A stretch of DNA of 57,979 nucleotides from a virus (IMGVR_UViG_3300037316_000015:1-57979); one strand, 5' to 3'; positions 44,297-54,410 are shown, numbered from the stretch's first letter. The notes: generated by a model from the letters alone, not told the origin. Translations and numbers: made by a program.

Positions 44297-46949
44297 AGTC
44301 GTGGTCCTTCCAGTCGATGTGGTCCAGTACCTTGCTCTTCTCGAGGTGACCAATGATGCCGCCACACTCGTCTGGCCACTTGCCAAGGGCCAGCAGTTTC
44401 GCACCACTGACCTTACGTGGCAGAACTCTTTCCGCAAGGTCATTCAGAGAGTCGTATGGCGCCTTGGTCGCCAGCTCGGTGGCAGCTACCAGACCGACAC
44501 CGTTGACTGACAGGAACCCCTTGCGAATCGCATGGCCCTCCTTGCTGTAGGTGATCCCTGAGGAGTTGATCTCTGGTGGCTTGACGGTGATGCCACTGAC
44601 GCGGGCAGATGCCACGTACAGCAGCTCCTTCTTGTGGTTGCCGTACGCGGTCAGGATCCCTGTCCAGAACGACACCGGGTGGTGCTTCTTCATCCATGCT
44701 GTGCGGTAGGCCGTGACGCCGTAGGAGGCAGCGTGTGCCTTGTTGAAGGAGTACTCGGCATATGAGGCCAGGGACTCGGTGAACCAGTCCAGGTCGCCGT
44801 CTGTCCAGCCCCGCTCGTTGGCCATCTCCTTGATCCGTGGCATCATCTCCTCGATAACCACGCTGGCGCCGGCTGAGTAGTCGTTGGACGCCTTGACTGC
44901 GTCCAGCATCTCCTCGAGCTCAGCGGTGACCATGCCAAGGTTCTCGCACACGTCCATGACCTGCTCCTGGTAGAGCATGACCCCGAGTGTCTCCTTGGTG
45001 GGCCCTGAGATGTCCGGGTGCCTCCTGGGGATCTCCTGCATCCCATTGCGACGCTCCCGGTAGTCGGAGGTGGCCATCGACCCCATCGTGGCCGGCCGGA
45101 ACAGAGCCTGGATCGCAATGACATCCTCGATCTTTCGTGGGGCGATCTGCTTGCAGCCATAGTTCATGGCCTTGCCCTCGAGCTGGAAGACACCCATGTT
45201 GTTGCCCTTGGCGATCTGAGCAAAGGTGGCCCGGTCGTTCAGCGGGATGGTGTCGAAGTCGACCCCACTCAGCTCCTGGGCAACCCTGATGGCAGTGCGG
45301 GTACGCAGACCCAGCAGGTCCAGCTTGAGGAAGCCAAGCAGCTCGACGTGCTTCTTTCCGTAGGCCGTGACCAGCTTCTTGCTGCTGGCAATCCAAGCCA
45401 TCGGCAGCTGGGACACCAGGTCCTCGTTGGGCGCCACGATGTAGCCGGCGGCATGCCTGCCATAGCCAGAGAGCAGCTCAAGGTCAGCCAGGGCTAGCAG
45501 CTCGTCACGGTCAGCACGAGGGATGTTGTTCCAGCTGCGAACTGGGGTGCCCTTCTTGTTCATCGTGGAGTAGTAGCGCACCTTCAGACTGCCTCGGCCG
45601 CTGTCTTCCTCCTCGTCCTCGTCCAGGGAGTACTTCATGTGGCTGCCGATGCCACGCACACTCCACAGGCTCTGGATGAAACCCACCACCTCGTCACGTC
45701 GGTCGTGCTCGATGTCGATGTCGACATCAGGTGGCTTGATCCGGCTCGAGCTCATGAACCGCTCGAAGCGCAGACCGAAGGCGATCGGGTCCAGTTGGGT
45801 GATGTCCAGCAGCCAGAGCACCAGGCAGCCACTGGCCGACCCGCGAGTGTGGAAAGAGATGCCACTCTCCCGCATGAAGGAACACACCTTCTTGACCAGC
45901 AGTGGGTACGGTGCCATGCCCTGGACTCTGAACACGTCGAACTCCTTGCGCACCTGGGCAAGGTAGACCGGGTTCTTGTCCAGGCCCCTGTCCTTCAACA
46001 CAGCCATAGCCATGGACTCCATGACTTCCTGCGGGTCACGACCTGGGGTCACGTCGGGGATCTTCAGGGAGAAGTTCTCCAGCTCAGGCAGACGCAGGTA
46101 GGCACGCTCGGCCAGCTCGGACAGGCCCTCCATGCCGGCGGCCAGGTACTTAGGCTCGAAGTACGGCCGCATTCCATCTTCATCCGTCATGAAGTACCCG
46201 CCACCGGGAAACATCGCCTCGTCTGGGTCATCCGAGAATGAGACCAGGCGCTTGAGTGACTCGTGCAGGTGCTTGTCGGCCTCGTTGACGTAGTGGGAGT
46301 CACGGGTGACCACACACGGCAGACCAGCGGCCTGGGCAACATCCCAGATGCCAGCAATCAGCTCGTCATCGGTGAAGTCAAGATCCGAGTGGTGTTCGTC
46401 GATGCCATGGTTCTGCATCTCCACGTACACCCGGGGGAACCAGCCAGCCAGGGTCTCAGCGACCTTCCTGGCAGCCGCTGGGCCCTGTCGCATGAGCACC
46501 TGGGGCAGAACACCGAAGTAGCACCCAGTGGCCACAGCCAGCCCTGCTGTGGCCCCGTCAGCGGCCATTGCAGCGAAGTCTGCAAAGTCGATCAGCGGCT
46601 TGTAGTAGAACCGGTGTGAGGTCAAGGTGGCGATGTGGCACAGGTTGCGGTACCCGGCCTCGTCGTAGGCCACCATGGTCAGGTGCATCGAGTCACCGCG
46701 GGCCGCGTACTCGGTGTCAGGGACCACATAGAGCTCGATGCCAGGCAGAGGCTCGATGCCGAACTTACGGCAGGCCTTGTACAGCGCAATGGCACCTGGC
46801 ATGCCGCCGTGGTCGGTCAGCCCGAGAGCCGGGTAGTTAAGCTCGTTGGCCCGCTCGACCATGGCCTCCACTGTGGGCAGCGCATCGTTGAACGAGTACT
46901 TGGAGTGGGAATGCATTGACCAGTAGGGCCGAGGGGCTACGATTGCCAT
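44247..46949 (-). CDS. dnaE: DNA polymerase III alpha subunit-like
   Basis: PHP HSHSKYS/TDHG/DSHY; RGSASG; PPDVDID; HAAG; KLDLLGL; YQEQ; FNKAHA. Confidence 0.97.
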   Translation of the reverse strand: MAIVAPRPYWSMHSHSKYSFNDALPTVEAMVERANELNYPALGLTDHGGMPGAIALYKACRKFGIEPLPGIELYVVPDTEYAARGDSMHLTMVAYDEAGYRNLCHIATLTSHRFYYKPLIDFADFAAMAADGATAGLAVATGCYFGVLPQVLMRQGPAAARKVAETLAGWFPRVYVEMQNHGIDEHHSDLDFTDDELIAGIWDVAQAAGLPCVVTRDSHYVNEADKHLHESLKRLVSFSDDPDEAMFPGGGYFMTDEDGMRPYFEPKYLAAGMEGLSELAERAYLRLPELENFSLKIPDVTPGRDPQEVMESMAMAVLKDRGLDKNPVYLAQVRKEFDVFRVQGMAPYPLLVKKVCSFMRESGISFHTRGSASGCLVLWLLDITQLDPIAFGLRFERFMSSSRIKPPDVDIDIEHDRRDEVVGFIQSLWSVRGIGSHMKYSLDEDEEEDSGRGSLKVRYYSTMNKKGTPVRSWNNIPRADRDELLALADLELLSGYGRHAAGYIVAPNEDLVSQLPMAWIASSKKLVTAYGKKHVELLGFLKLDLLGLRTRTAIRVAQELSGVDFDTIPLNDRATFAQIAKGNNMGVFQLEGKAMNYGCKQIAPRKIEDVIAIQALFRPATMGSMATSDYRERRNGMQEIPRRHPDISGPTKETLGVMLYQEQVMDVCENLGMVTAELEEMLDAVKASNDYSAGASVVIEEMMPRIKEMANERGWTDGDLDWFTESLASYAEYSFNKAHAASYGVTAYRTAWMKKHHPVSFWTGILTAYGNHKKELLYVASARVSGITVKPPEINSSGITYSKEGHAIRKGFLSVNGVGLVAATELATKAPYDSLNDLAERVLPRKVSGAKLLALGKWPDECGGIIGHLEKSKVLDHIDWKDHDYDPAITGHQGTTETNN

Positions 46950-46986
46950 GTTGTTCTCCTTGGTTGGTGGGCATGTGGGTGCACGA

Positions 46987-47019
46987 AGGGCGGGCAGGTA
47001 TGGGTTCCCTGCCCGCCCT
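46987..47019 (-). terminator. GC-rich hairpin between the SSB-like gene and dnaE
   Basis: 12-bp stem agggcgggcagg/cctgcccgccct; weak U tail. Confidence 0.5.
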
Positions 47020-47041
47020 CACCATGCAGTGGTGTTGCTAC

Positions 47042-48022
47042 CTACTCCTGAACTGGCTTCGAGTGAGACACAGCCAGCTTGGTCAGCACCGCCCGGTTGG
47101 CCCGGGTCGGATACTCAACCTCCATCGCATCGAGCCAGAGTCTGATCGTCGGTGTCTCAGCCGACTGGATCTGTACGATGGTCGGGCTCTCACCCCAGGT
47201 GGCCCAGACAGCAGAGCCAGGGTTGTCAACCGGCGGCGTCGTTGCTCCCAACGGGTCTGCTGTTGGGGTAGCCGGCTCCTCCTTGGCCTTGGGCTGGATC
47301 TTGTTGGACTTCGGGGCTATCTTGTTGGACTTGGCAGCCGGCTGTTCAGCGTCTGCCTTAGCACCCTTGCCCTTGGGCACGATGCGCCCACCGGTCTTGA
47401 TCGGTGCAGTCTCAGCCGGCTCAGTGACACCAGCAGAGGACTCGCCATCGGGAGAGTAGAACTGCCTCCCCTTCTCAGCCAGTGCCTCCAGGACGCTGGG
47501 GATGTCGTGGTACTCCAGGTCGGCAAAGTCGATGAGGTAGTCACCATCCTCGGCGGCCTCGGGGTCGTACTTTGACTCCAGCCCGGAACCGATGTGGTGG
47601 ATGACGTAGTCACGCTTGGACAGGGGCTGACCCTCGGGGCCACTTGGGTGACGTGACTCCCGACCCTGGAGCAGCTCGAACAAGGTGGAACCCATCGTGT
47701 AGATCCGCATCTCACCGGCCTCGTCCAGTGCGTTCATGAACCAGGCACGAGAGCGCTTGCGCACCTTCGCGTCCGGGTCGTTGCAAGGCCCACAGACCTC
47801 GTCGTGTGGCTGGACACAGGGCAGGTAGCCCACGCCCTTGACGTAGTGCAGCAGCTCGGAAGGCCATGCCTCCGTGCCATACACCTCAACGATCGCAGTG
47901 CCCTTGAGCTTCTTGCCCACCGATGGGCAGAACCGCACCCGGGTGGATCCTTCCTTGAACTTGCGGATGAAGACCACCGAGTCGTCATAGACGGGTGGGT
48001 CGACCAAGTCACCAAGTGCCAT
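47042..48022 (-). CDS. ssDNA-binding protein (gp32-like)
   Basis: IRKFKEGSTRVRF, H..C..C..C, KRDYVI..GSGLESKYD; low-complexity C-terminus; adjacent to dnaE. Confidence 0.6.
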   Translation of the reverse strand: MALGDLVDPPVYDDSVVFIRKFKEGSTRVRFCPSVGKKLKGTAIVEVYGTEAWPSELLHYVKGVGYLPCVQPHDEVCGPCNDPDAKVRKRSRAWFMNALDEAGEMRIYTMGSTLFELLQGRESRHPSGPEGQPLSKRDYVIHHIGSGLESKYDPEAAEDGDYLIDFADLEYHDIPSVLEALAEKGRQFYSPDGESSAGVTEPAETAPIKTGGRIVPKGKGAKADAEQPAAKSNKIAPKSNKIQPKAKEEPATPTADPLGATTPPVDNPGSAVWATWGESPTIVQIQSAETPTIRLWLDAMEVEYPTRANRAVLTKLAVSHSKPVQE

Positions 48023-48052
48023 GTTGCTGTCCTGCTTTCTGTGGTTGGTATC

Positions 48053-48433
48053 TCACCGCGGCACGATTGGTGCGCGGCGTCTTGCGGCTGAACGCTGTCT
48101 GAGGCGCTCTTCCATGTCATCGGCCAGCTCCAGGACGCGGGTGTTGACCACGAGCTGGATGCGCTCGTTGGCCTCGCTCTCGTCCTCACCAGGAAACAGC
48201 TGAGTGGTGGCCTCGTAGGTGAACCAGGTGTCTGAGTCACCGAGCTTGATCTCCACCGTGGCCTTGGCGGTGACCGTGTTGCCGTCGTACAGCAATGGTG
48301 TCTCCCCTTGTGGCACATCGGTTGGCTGCTCCTGCTGTGTGGGCTCGAGGCCAAGTGCCTCAGCCAGTGCCGGATCACGGCGTCCGCGGCGTAGCGGGAT
48401 CACCGAGTCCGTGTTGAACCCTTCAGATGCCAT
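48053..48433 (-). CDS. Hypothetical protein
   Basis: CAACCAACCAAGGAG before MASEGFN. Confidence 0.7.
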   Translation of the reverse strand: MASEGFNTDSVIPLRRGRRDPALAEALGLEPTQQEQPTDVPQGETPLLYDGNTVTAKATVEIKLGDSDTWFTYEATTQLFPGEDESEANERIQLVVNTRVLELADDMEERLRQRSAARRRAPIVPR

Positions 48434-48728
48434 GCTCGATCTCCTTGGTTGGTTGTTGTCCTGATGCGACATGGCGTGAGAGCCAGTCGTCGACATCGTC
48501 CATGACTGTGCGATGCGGGACGTTGTAGAGCCCCTTGATCACCTCAACCTTCGATGCGTCGTAGACGACGGTACGGGTGTACCGCCCACGCTTTGTCTTC
48601 ATGCCGACGTAGCCGGCCTTGTTCAGGGCCTTCAGCGTCTGGTGTGGGGTACGGCCGAGCTCACGGGCAAACTGGGCCAGTGAGATCCATCGGTGTTCGT
48701 CGACTGGCTTGTACTTCGGCTCAGCCAT
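48423..48728 (-). CDS. HTH DNA-binding protein
   Basis: WISLAQFARELGRTPHQTLKAL HTH pattern. Confidence 0.6.
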   Translation of the reverse strand: MAEPKYKPVDEHRWISLAQFARELGRTPHQTLKALNKAGYVGMKTKRGRYTRTVVYDASKVEVIKGLYNVPHRTVMDDVDDWLSRHVASGQQPTKEIEHGI

Positions 48729-49206
48729 CGTCGCGGTCTGGGTCTGCGTAACCGACGTAGGCCGTGCCCTTCTCCTTGTGAGCCGAATCGAGCAGCTGGG
48801 CATCGGTGATCCGGCCGGCGTTGCAGGCCCGCTTGAATGCCTCAGCCACCACCTTGCGCGGTGCCACCTCGTCGAGGACTTCCTCAGAGAGCTCACCAGC
48901 CTCGACCATGGCCTCAAGGACTGCCACGTCCACGATCAGTGGCTCGGGGCTGATGGCGTAGGCGTAGTGCTTGCGACCGAAGCTGTCCAGGAAGTACCTG
49001 GGGCCATGCTCCTGCAGGATGCGCACGATGCCGTCACGGATGGCCAGATACTGACGTTCCACCTGTGGGTCCTTGCGTCTGGCCTCGGTCAGTGTCTTCA
49101 GCTGTGACAGCTTGTCCTCGAGGTCGGCGCTGGCAGCGCTAGCTGTCTCTTCCAGGCGTTCGAGTGCGGTTGGTGCGTCGGGATCGAACTCGTCGTGATC
49201 AGGCAT
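48721..49206 (-). CDS. Hypothetical protein
   Basis: 161 aa, coiled-coil-like N-terminus. Confidence 0.7.
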   Translation of the reverse strand: MPDHDEFDPDAPTALERLEETASAASADLEDKLSQLKTLTEARRKDPQVERQYLAIRDGIVRILQEHGPRYFLDSFGRKHYAYAISPEPLIVDVAVLEAMVEAGELSEEVLDEVAPRKVVAEAFKRACNAGRITDAQLLDSAHKEKGTAYVGYADPDRDDG

Positions 49207-49224
49207 TGGTCTGCCGATTGTCGT

Positions 49225-50100
49225 TCATTTGTCCTCCAGTTGTCGTTGGTACTCGTGCTGCATTTGGTTAGTGTTTTCTTCCCAGTCCGGGCGTACATCG
49301 CCACGGTACCCACTGGCAGCGACAGCTTCCAGCAGGTTGAACAGCCGCACACCAGGTGTGCACGCGGCTGGGTCACTGCCACTCCAGGCCACTGAAGCAA
49401 CCATGTAGGTCCCTTCAAGATCAGCCAGAGCCCTGGTAGTTGCCTTGGTGCCTGCCTCATCCATGTCGAACCCAGTCAGCACCACCTTTGGAGCACACCT
49501 TGCAATGAGCTCATACTGTGGCCGGTGCAACCCTGAACCATAGACAGCTAGGGCAGGGCAACCTGTCTCCCAGCATGAGCTTGCATCTGCTGCCCCTTCA
49601 ACCACGACCAGCACATCGCGTACTGGCTGGTAGTGCCCACCCATACCGAACATCGACGATGCTGCCGACCAGTGCCTTGGGTAGACGTACCTGGGCCCAT
49701 CCTCAGGCTCGAGCTTGCGTCTGCCCACACCAGCCAGCAGGCCGCCGGCAGTGTGCACCGGGAAGGTGGCATCACCACTGAACGGGTCACTGCCCAGTCC
49801 CATGGCCCAGCACACCCAGTTCGGGAACCTGGTGAGCCAGTACCCAGGATCTGAGTACAGGTCAAGGAACACATCATCGTAGATGCGTGGCAGGGCCTCT
49901 GGCTCCATCATGATGCGAAGCTCGTCGACCTTGGGCACACGCTTGGAGTCCACGTTGCCGTGAGCCCCACAGGCGAAGCAGCACCAGACCATCTTGATCA
50001 CGTTCACCGATGCTGAGGCCATGTGGTCGTCGTGCTCGGTGCAACGAAATGGTCGCTCGATACCCTGACCGGTGGTCATGGCCTCTGTGAGGGTGTTCAT
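49225..50100 (-). CDS. DNA primase (CHC2 Zn finger plus TOPRIM)
   Basis: C..HDD..AS..CFACG; VVVEGAAD; FDMDEAG; SDP. Confidence 0.9.
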   Translation of the reverse strand: MNTLTEAMTTGQGIERPFRCTEHDDHMASASVNVIKMVWCCFACGAHGNVDSKRVPKVDELRIMMEPEALPRIYDDVFLDLYSDPGYWLTRFPNWVCWAMGLGSDPFSGDATFPVHTAGGLLAGVGRRKLEPEDGPRYVYPRHWSAASSMFGMGGHYQPVRDVLVVVEGAADASSCWETGCPALAVYGSGLHRPQYELIARCAPKVVLTGFDMDEAGTKATTRALADLEGTYMVASVAWSGSDPAACTPGVRLFNLLEAVAASGYRGDVRPDWEENTNQMQHEYQRQLEDK

Positions 50101-50516
50101 TCGACGAATACCGTTGGCATGATGCCCTGGCAGAAGCGTCGTTCAATGTCCGGCGACCAGTCCTTCTCACACTTGAAGCAGCCAATGCCCTCAACGGTCA
50201 GCAGGTTCTCGGCGTCCAGGTGGACCTGGGTGTTCGCACCTGGATCATAGACGGCAGCCGGGTTAATGACCTGGTACATAGCCGCAATGATCCACATGTG
50301 CTTACCGCGGCCTGGGTCGACCAAGGTGGCACTCCACTTGTCCTTGGCCTCGAACTGAATGGGCTTACTCACGTGCTTGACGTGGTAGGTGACGCCGTGA
50401 CCGGTGTCGGCGCACGGGCAGGGCACCCAGTCGTCGGCATCGTTGGACCAGGCATCTCCGTGACAGTTGGTGTGCTTGCCTTGCTCACAATCCGGACAAT
50501 CTCGCTGTTTACTCAT
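50097..50516 (-). CDS. Cys-rich hypothetical protein
   Basis: CPDC..H..C..CPC..H and CFKCE..C. Confidence 0.65.
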   Translation of the reverse strand: MSKQRDCPDCEQGKHTNCHGDAWSNDADDWVPCPCADTGHGVTYHVKHVSKPIQFEAKDKWSATLVDPGRGKHMWIIAAMYQVINPAAVYDPGANTQVHLDAENLLTVEGIGCFKCEKDWSPDIERRFCQGIMPTVFVE

Positions 50517-50752
50517 GGCTCGATCACCGCCAGGTCAGTGCGGTTGGTGAACCTGGACAAGGTGATTGACACATTGTGAGAAGTGGCGATCTTCTGGGCA
50601 ATTGGCCGCAGAGCCTGAATGCGCTCGAGGTCACTGCCAAGCATTGGCATCATGACACCGTCAGCACTCATGTGGATGAGCAACCCGGGTATACCCTCAG
50701 CGTCCTTCATGGTGAAGATCCACAGTGAGTCGATGCTCGTTGGCCTGCTCAT
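50513..50752 (-). CDS. Hypothetical protein
   Basis: ATGA-coupled; MPMLGSD..I.LSRFTNR. Confidence 0.65.
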   Translation of the reverse strand: MSRPTSIDSLWIFTMKDAEGIPGLLIHMSADGVMMPMLGSDLERIQALRPIAQKIATSHNVSITLSRFTNRTDLAVIEP

Positions 50753-50988
50753 CCCTGGAAGCCCTCCTTCCTGGCCCATGGCTTCTCACCACTGTCCTGC
50801 CAGACCCTCAAAGTGGACTCAGCCTGGGCCCTGGTGGCGAAGTAGCTGGACTCCCTGGCATAGGGGCCACAGTTGTCACACCAGGTCCCCAGGTAGAAGC
50901 CGGCGTTGCTCTTGAGTACCTCTGTCTTCAGTGGCTTCTTGCAGTCGGCACACTGGGTGAATGCCTGTGCCTCGTCTCCGATGACCAT
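50749..50988 (-). CDS. Zn-ribbon hypothetical protein
   Basis: CADC..SNAGFYLGTWCDNCGPYARES.YF. Confidence 0.7.
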   Translation of the reverse strand: MVIGDEAQAFTQCADCKKPLKTEVLKSNAGFYLGTWCDNCGPYARESSYFATRAQAESTLRVWQDSGEKPWARKEGFQG

Positions 50989-51191
50989 TACAGTTGCCAC
51001 CTCTTCTTCCATGCGAGGCAGATCTTGCACTGGGGGATACGCAGGTGTGGTTTCTTTGCCACAGCCTTGGTGTGCGATGTGTCCAGCTGCTTACCGCAGA
51101 CCGAGACGTACTTGTTCGGGTCGTGGTTCATGGTCATGTTCCTGATGTGCTCACGATGACCATTCCAGGTCAGCATCCACACGACTTCCAT
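50988..51191 (-). CDS. Small Cys/His protein
   Basis: CAACCAAAGGAG SD; H..SVCG..CKIC. Confidence 0.6.
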   Translation of the reverse strand: MEVVWMLTWNGHREHIRNMTMNHDPNKYVSVCGKQLDTSHTKAVAKKPHLRIPQCKICLAWKKRWQL

Positions 51192-51265
51192 GTACTTCTC
51201 CTTTGGTTGATGACATGCCAAAGGCCACCCTCGTCTTTTACAGTCAGGTGGCCTCTGGTGCCATT

Positions 51266-51296
51266 GATTTTATACCACATCGTTATCTGTGAGCAA
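51266..51296 (-). promoter_or_regulatory. Putative promoter
   Basis: TTGCTC-18 nt-TAAAAT, containing TGTGGTATAAAA. Confidence 0.5.
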
Positions 51297-52557
51297 TATC
51301 ATCACACTGCAAAGAAATGCGATCGGCTACCGCCTGGCTGATCTCCTCGAACCTGTTCGCCTTGACATCAAAGCGGCTGAACCAGTCCAGTGTCGGCCCG
51401 TTGCGGATCTTCTGCCCGCTGTTGGTCATCACCAGGTCGTTCAGCCGTTTGGACATGATCACCACGTCAGCATCTTGACCAAGAGCATCACTTTGAGCCA
51501 GGTCTGATGCCTTCGGTGGCTTGTTACCGGTAGTCTCACCAGCTCGCTTGACCTGAGCCGAGGCAATGATCGGCGTACCAGTGGCCAGCGTTGTCTCCCT
51601 GAAGATGTTGGAGACGGTGGCCTGTACCCGCCAGTCCTCGATGGCACGGTGACCATCGGCACTGATCATCAGCCCTGCGTGGTCCACCAGCACCAGGTCA
51701 TAACGCTGACATGACTCAGCCACCGCACCAGTGGTGTTGATCCTTCCATGTGAGGGGTCAAGGATCTCCAAGGTGCCACCGTTGATGGACATGTCGTCCT
51801 TGATGTGGTCCAGTGCCCTCTTGTGCTCGGTGAGGTCGTCACTGCGCAGCAGAGCAAGGATGTCTGAGTTGTTGGTCATTAGCTGGTGGCTGCGTCGTGC
51901 TACCTGCCAGGCAGGCATCTCCAGTGCATGGAAGCAGACGTGGTAGCCACGCTTGGCTGCCTCCACCGCGTACATGAGCATCATCCAGGTCTTGCCCTGA
52001 CCAAGGCGAGCACCAATAACCCAGAACTCACCCGGGCCAATGCCACCATCGGTGGCACGCATCAGGGACGGGAACGGCACACCTATGTGGCTGGTGGAGA
52101 ACCCGGTGGTGATGGTGGAGTGGTCGAACACGTCCGTTGGTTCCAAGGCCGCGGTCTGTGGCCTCTTGAGCTTGTCCAGCGCCCCGTAGGCGCCAGGTAG
52201 ATCCTCGGCGTTCAAGGCATTCAGGCTTGAGTGGATCTGGGCTCTCAGGCCCCTGCGGCCGGCTGCGTTGCGTACCTGGTCGGCTGCCCAGTGGACATTG
52301 ACATCAGGGGTGTACTCGAACTCGGGGAAGTACTTGGTCAGCATGACCATGGGTGGTGCCTTATTGCTGTGATGCTGGTAGTCCATGCACCACTTCCACA
52401 GCTTGCCCCAGCCGGTGATGTCTGCCGAGTCGATGCGCTGTGCTTCCGGGGTGAACGATCCTTGGTCGAGATAGGCCGAAATCAGTAGTGCCTCAGGGTT
52501 GAGTGGGTTCTCTGGTGTGTCGTCGCCAGCTCCTCGCAACGGGTGCTTGATGTTCAT
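51283..52557 (-). CDS. dnaB: DnaB-like replicative helicase
   Basis: GARLGQGKT Walker A; LEM; VLVDH; SAQVKR; DLAQSDALGQDADVV; KIRNG. Confidence 0.92.
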   Translation of the reverse strand: MNIKHPLRGAGDDTPENPLNPEALLISAYLDQGSFTPEAQRIDSADITGWGKLWKWCMDYQHHSNKAPPMVMLTKYFPEFEYTPDVNVHWAADQVRNAAGRRGLRAQIHSSLNALNAEDLPGAYGALDKLKRPQTAALEPTDVFDHSTITTGFSTSHIGVPFPSLMRATDGGIGPGEFWVIGARLGQGKTWMMLMYAVEAAKRGYHVCFHALEMPAWQVARRSHQLMTNNSDILALLRSDDLTEHKRALDHIKDDMSINGGTLEILDPSHGRINTTGAVAESCQRYDLVLVDHAGLMISADGHRAIEDWRVQATVSNIFRETTLATGTPIIASAQVKRAGETTGNKPPKASDLAQSDALGQDADVVIMSKRLNDLVMTNSGQKIRNGPTLDWFSRFDVKANRFEEISQAVADRISLQCDDIAHR

Positions 52558-52667
52558 ATTTCGTCTCCAAATCCGTCCGGAACACGGGGTGAGAAAGCGA
52601 CGGTACGCCGCCCATGGATGACTCCCACGAGCGGCGCACCGACTGGATGCTTTATCTCACAACTGGT

Positions 52668-53021
52668 CTACTCAGGCAGGCTGGTGTCCTGAACAGGCCG
52701 TTCCGGTGGCGTCCTGACGGTGAAGTCGAGGTCGTCGATCGAACCGATGTGAGACGGTGGTGTGGGCCTGTCTGTGAGCACCAGACACGGGAACACGTAG
52801 TCCTGCGCATCATCACTACACGCGATGCAAAACGTGCCCCAGAGCCCGTTTTGCATCGGTGCCAGGGAGTAGACATGCTTGTTCTCCTTGGCTGTGTTGG
52901 TGGCGATGGCACCCAGATGCTGGTTGGCAACACCCAGCTGGACAGTGACCTCGGTGAGGGCTGATGCCAGGATAAGCAACGGGTTGCCCTGAGGCTGACC
53001 CAACAGTCTGATCTCACCCAT
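52668..53021 (-). CDS. Hypothetical protein
   Basis: GGAGG SD; CIAC...FPC motif. Confidence 0.65.
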   Translation of the reverse strand: MGEIRLLGQPQGNPLLILASALTEVTVQLGVANQHLGAIATNTAKENKHVYSLAPMQNGLWGTFCIACSDDAQDYVFPCLVLTDRPTPPSHIGSIDDLDFTVRTPPERPVQDTSLPE

Positions 53022-53523
53022 CTTGTCCCTCCTCCTTCTTGGATTGCAGCGAGAAGATGTCCCCGCCGGTGTCGAACACGCTGAACAGATCCTGCAGGTG
53101 CTGAGCCCGGGCAATCGGGTGATGATGCTCCCGATCACGAGGTTCTTCTGTATCGAAGTCAGCCATGCACTCCAGGATGTCGAAGCAGTCAGCCAAGGTG
53201 ATGGAAGGACTCACCCGTGCCTGCTGTACATCCGGGACCCCAGGCACATCCTGCTCGTATACCACAGACTCACCGATGGCCTGATCGAGCAAGGCCATGG
53301 CCAGTCTGCTGCGCACCGTGTTGACGTGGTGGTCAACACCCCAGTCCACCAGTACGTGGTAAGCACCGATGGCATGGGATGGGTGCATGGCAATGATGTA
53401 CACCAGCTTCTTGTCCCTATGCGATGGCCAGGTGACATCCTGGTTCAGGTAGCTGATGTAGTCGATGGCGTCCCAGTCCATCATCTGTGAGCGCAGAGCC
53501 GGTGGTGGCTGATGTGCCACCAT
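53014..53523 (-). CDS. Hypothetical protein
   Basis: YLNQDVTW...MHPSHA motif; TGATG-coupled. Confidence 0.65.
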   Translation of the reverse strand: MVAHQPPPALRSQMMDWDAIDYISYLNQDVTWPSHRDKKLVYIIAMHPSHAIGAYHVLVDWGVDHHVNTVRSRLAMALLDQAIGESVVYEQDVPGVPDVQQARVSPSITLADCFDILECMADFDTEEPRDREHHHPIARAQHLQDLFSVFDTGGDIFSLQSKKEEGQDG

Positions 53524-54410
53524 CAGCAGTCCACATCCTCAAGCTCGTCGTCATCGGCATGAGCATCGGCGTCGATCTCGGCGATAGCATTGGCATAATT
53601 TCGCCGAGACATCTGGCAGTCCGTGCACATGCACCGATCAGATGGGCTCCAGCCGATGTCCTCGAAGAAGAAGTCCACCTGGGCATTGGTCAGCTGCGTA
53701 CCGTTGGCGGTGTAGTAGGCCACGATCTTCTCGATGTCGTCCATGGAGTTGTCAGCCCTGAAGAGCTCCAGGATGTCCCACTTCAGGCCCAGGGCCACCC
53801 TTGCCGCGTACTCCACCGAGCACAGGTCATGAGTGGCCTCGGTGAAGCCACGAGTGGCCAGGCAGCCCTTCAGAGTCGTTGGCAGATAGGCCCAGGTCTT
53901 GTCGTAGGGCACCGGCGGCGGCTCAGGTGACTTGCGCACCAGGATGGTGTCGGTCCAGCTGCCAATGTCGTAGACAAATCCGGGGACGCTCATGCCGTCC
54001 TTCTTGACAAGGCCCTGTCTGCCGTCGAGCTGAGTCTTCTTGATCGCCTCACCATCGATGACCCAGTCCACATGGGTGAGCTCGTTGACCCAGCCGGCGA
54101 AGCACATGGACGTACCACACACCGGGTTCTTCTCATCCTGCTCGAAGGCAGACAGGGCCTTGACCTGACGCTGAGCCTCGGCCGTGGGCGGGTCGAACAT
54201 GAGTGTGCGCCATGATGTCTGGCGCCACAGTGCCCGGTGGGTGTGGATGATCTCCAGCACAGCCTGTGCCAGCTCGGCGTTGAAGCCGTTATCCAGTGGC
54301 TTGTAGGCCTTCATGGGCAGCTTGAACACCGAGGCTGTCCAGGTGGCAATGCCGTTGGTGGTCTCGACTCCGGACATGCCGTCCTTGGTGGTGATGGTGC
54401 GGTTTGTCAT
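53523..54410 (-). CDS. Hypothetical protein with WxQxSW / CGTSMCxAGW motif (paralog 1)
   Basis: LWRQTSWR and PVCGTSMCFAGW. Confidence 0.75.
   Translation of the reverse strand: MTNRTITTKDGMSGVETTNGIATWTASVFKLPMKAYKPLDNGFNAELAQAVLEIIHTHRALWRQTSWRTLMFDPPTAEAQRQVKALSAFEQDEKNPVCGTSMCFAGWVNELTHVDWVIDGEAIKKTQLDGRQGLVKKDGMSVPGFVYDIGSWTDTILVRKSPEPPPVPYDKTWAYLPTTLKGCLATRGFTEATHDLCSVEYAARVALGLKWDILELFRADNSMDDIEKIVAYYTANGTQLTNAQVDFFFEDIGWSPSDRCMCTDCQMSRRNYANAIAEIDADAHADDDELEDVDC

Noticed and set aside
44247-52557. Inteins or introns in DnaE, primase or DnaB
   Set aside because: Lengths are normal or short, motifs are contiguous, and no C...HN splice signatures were seen.
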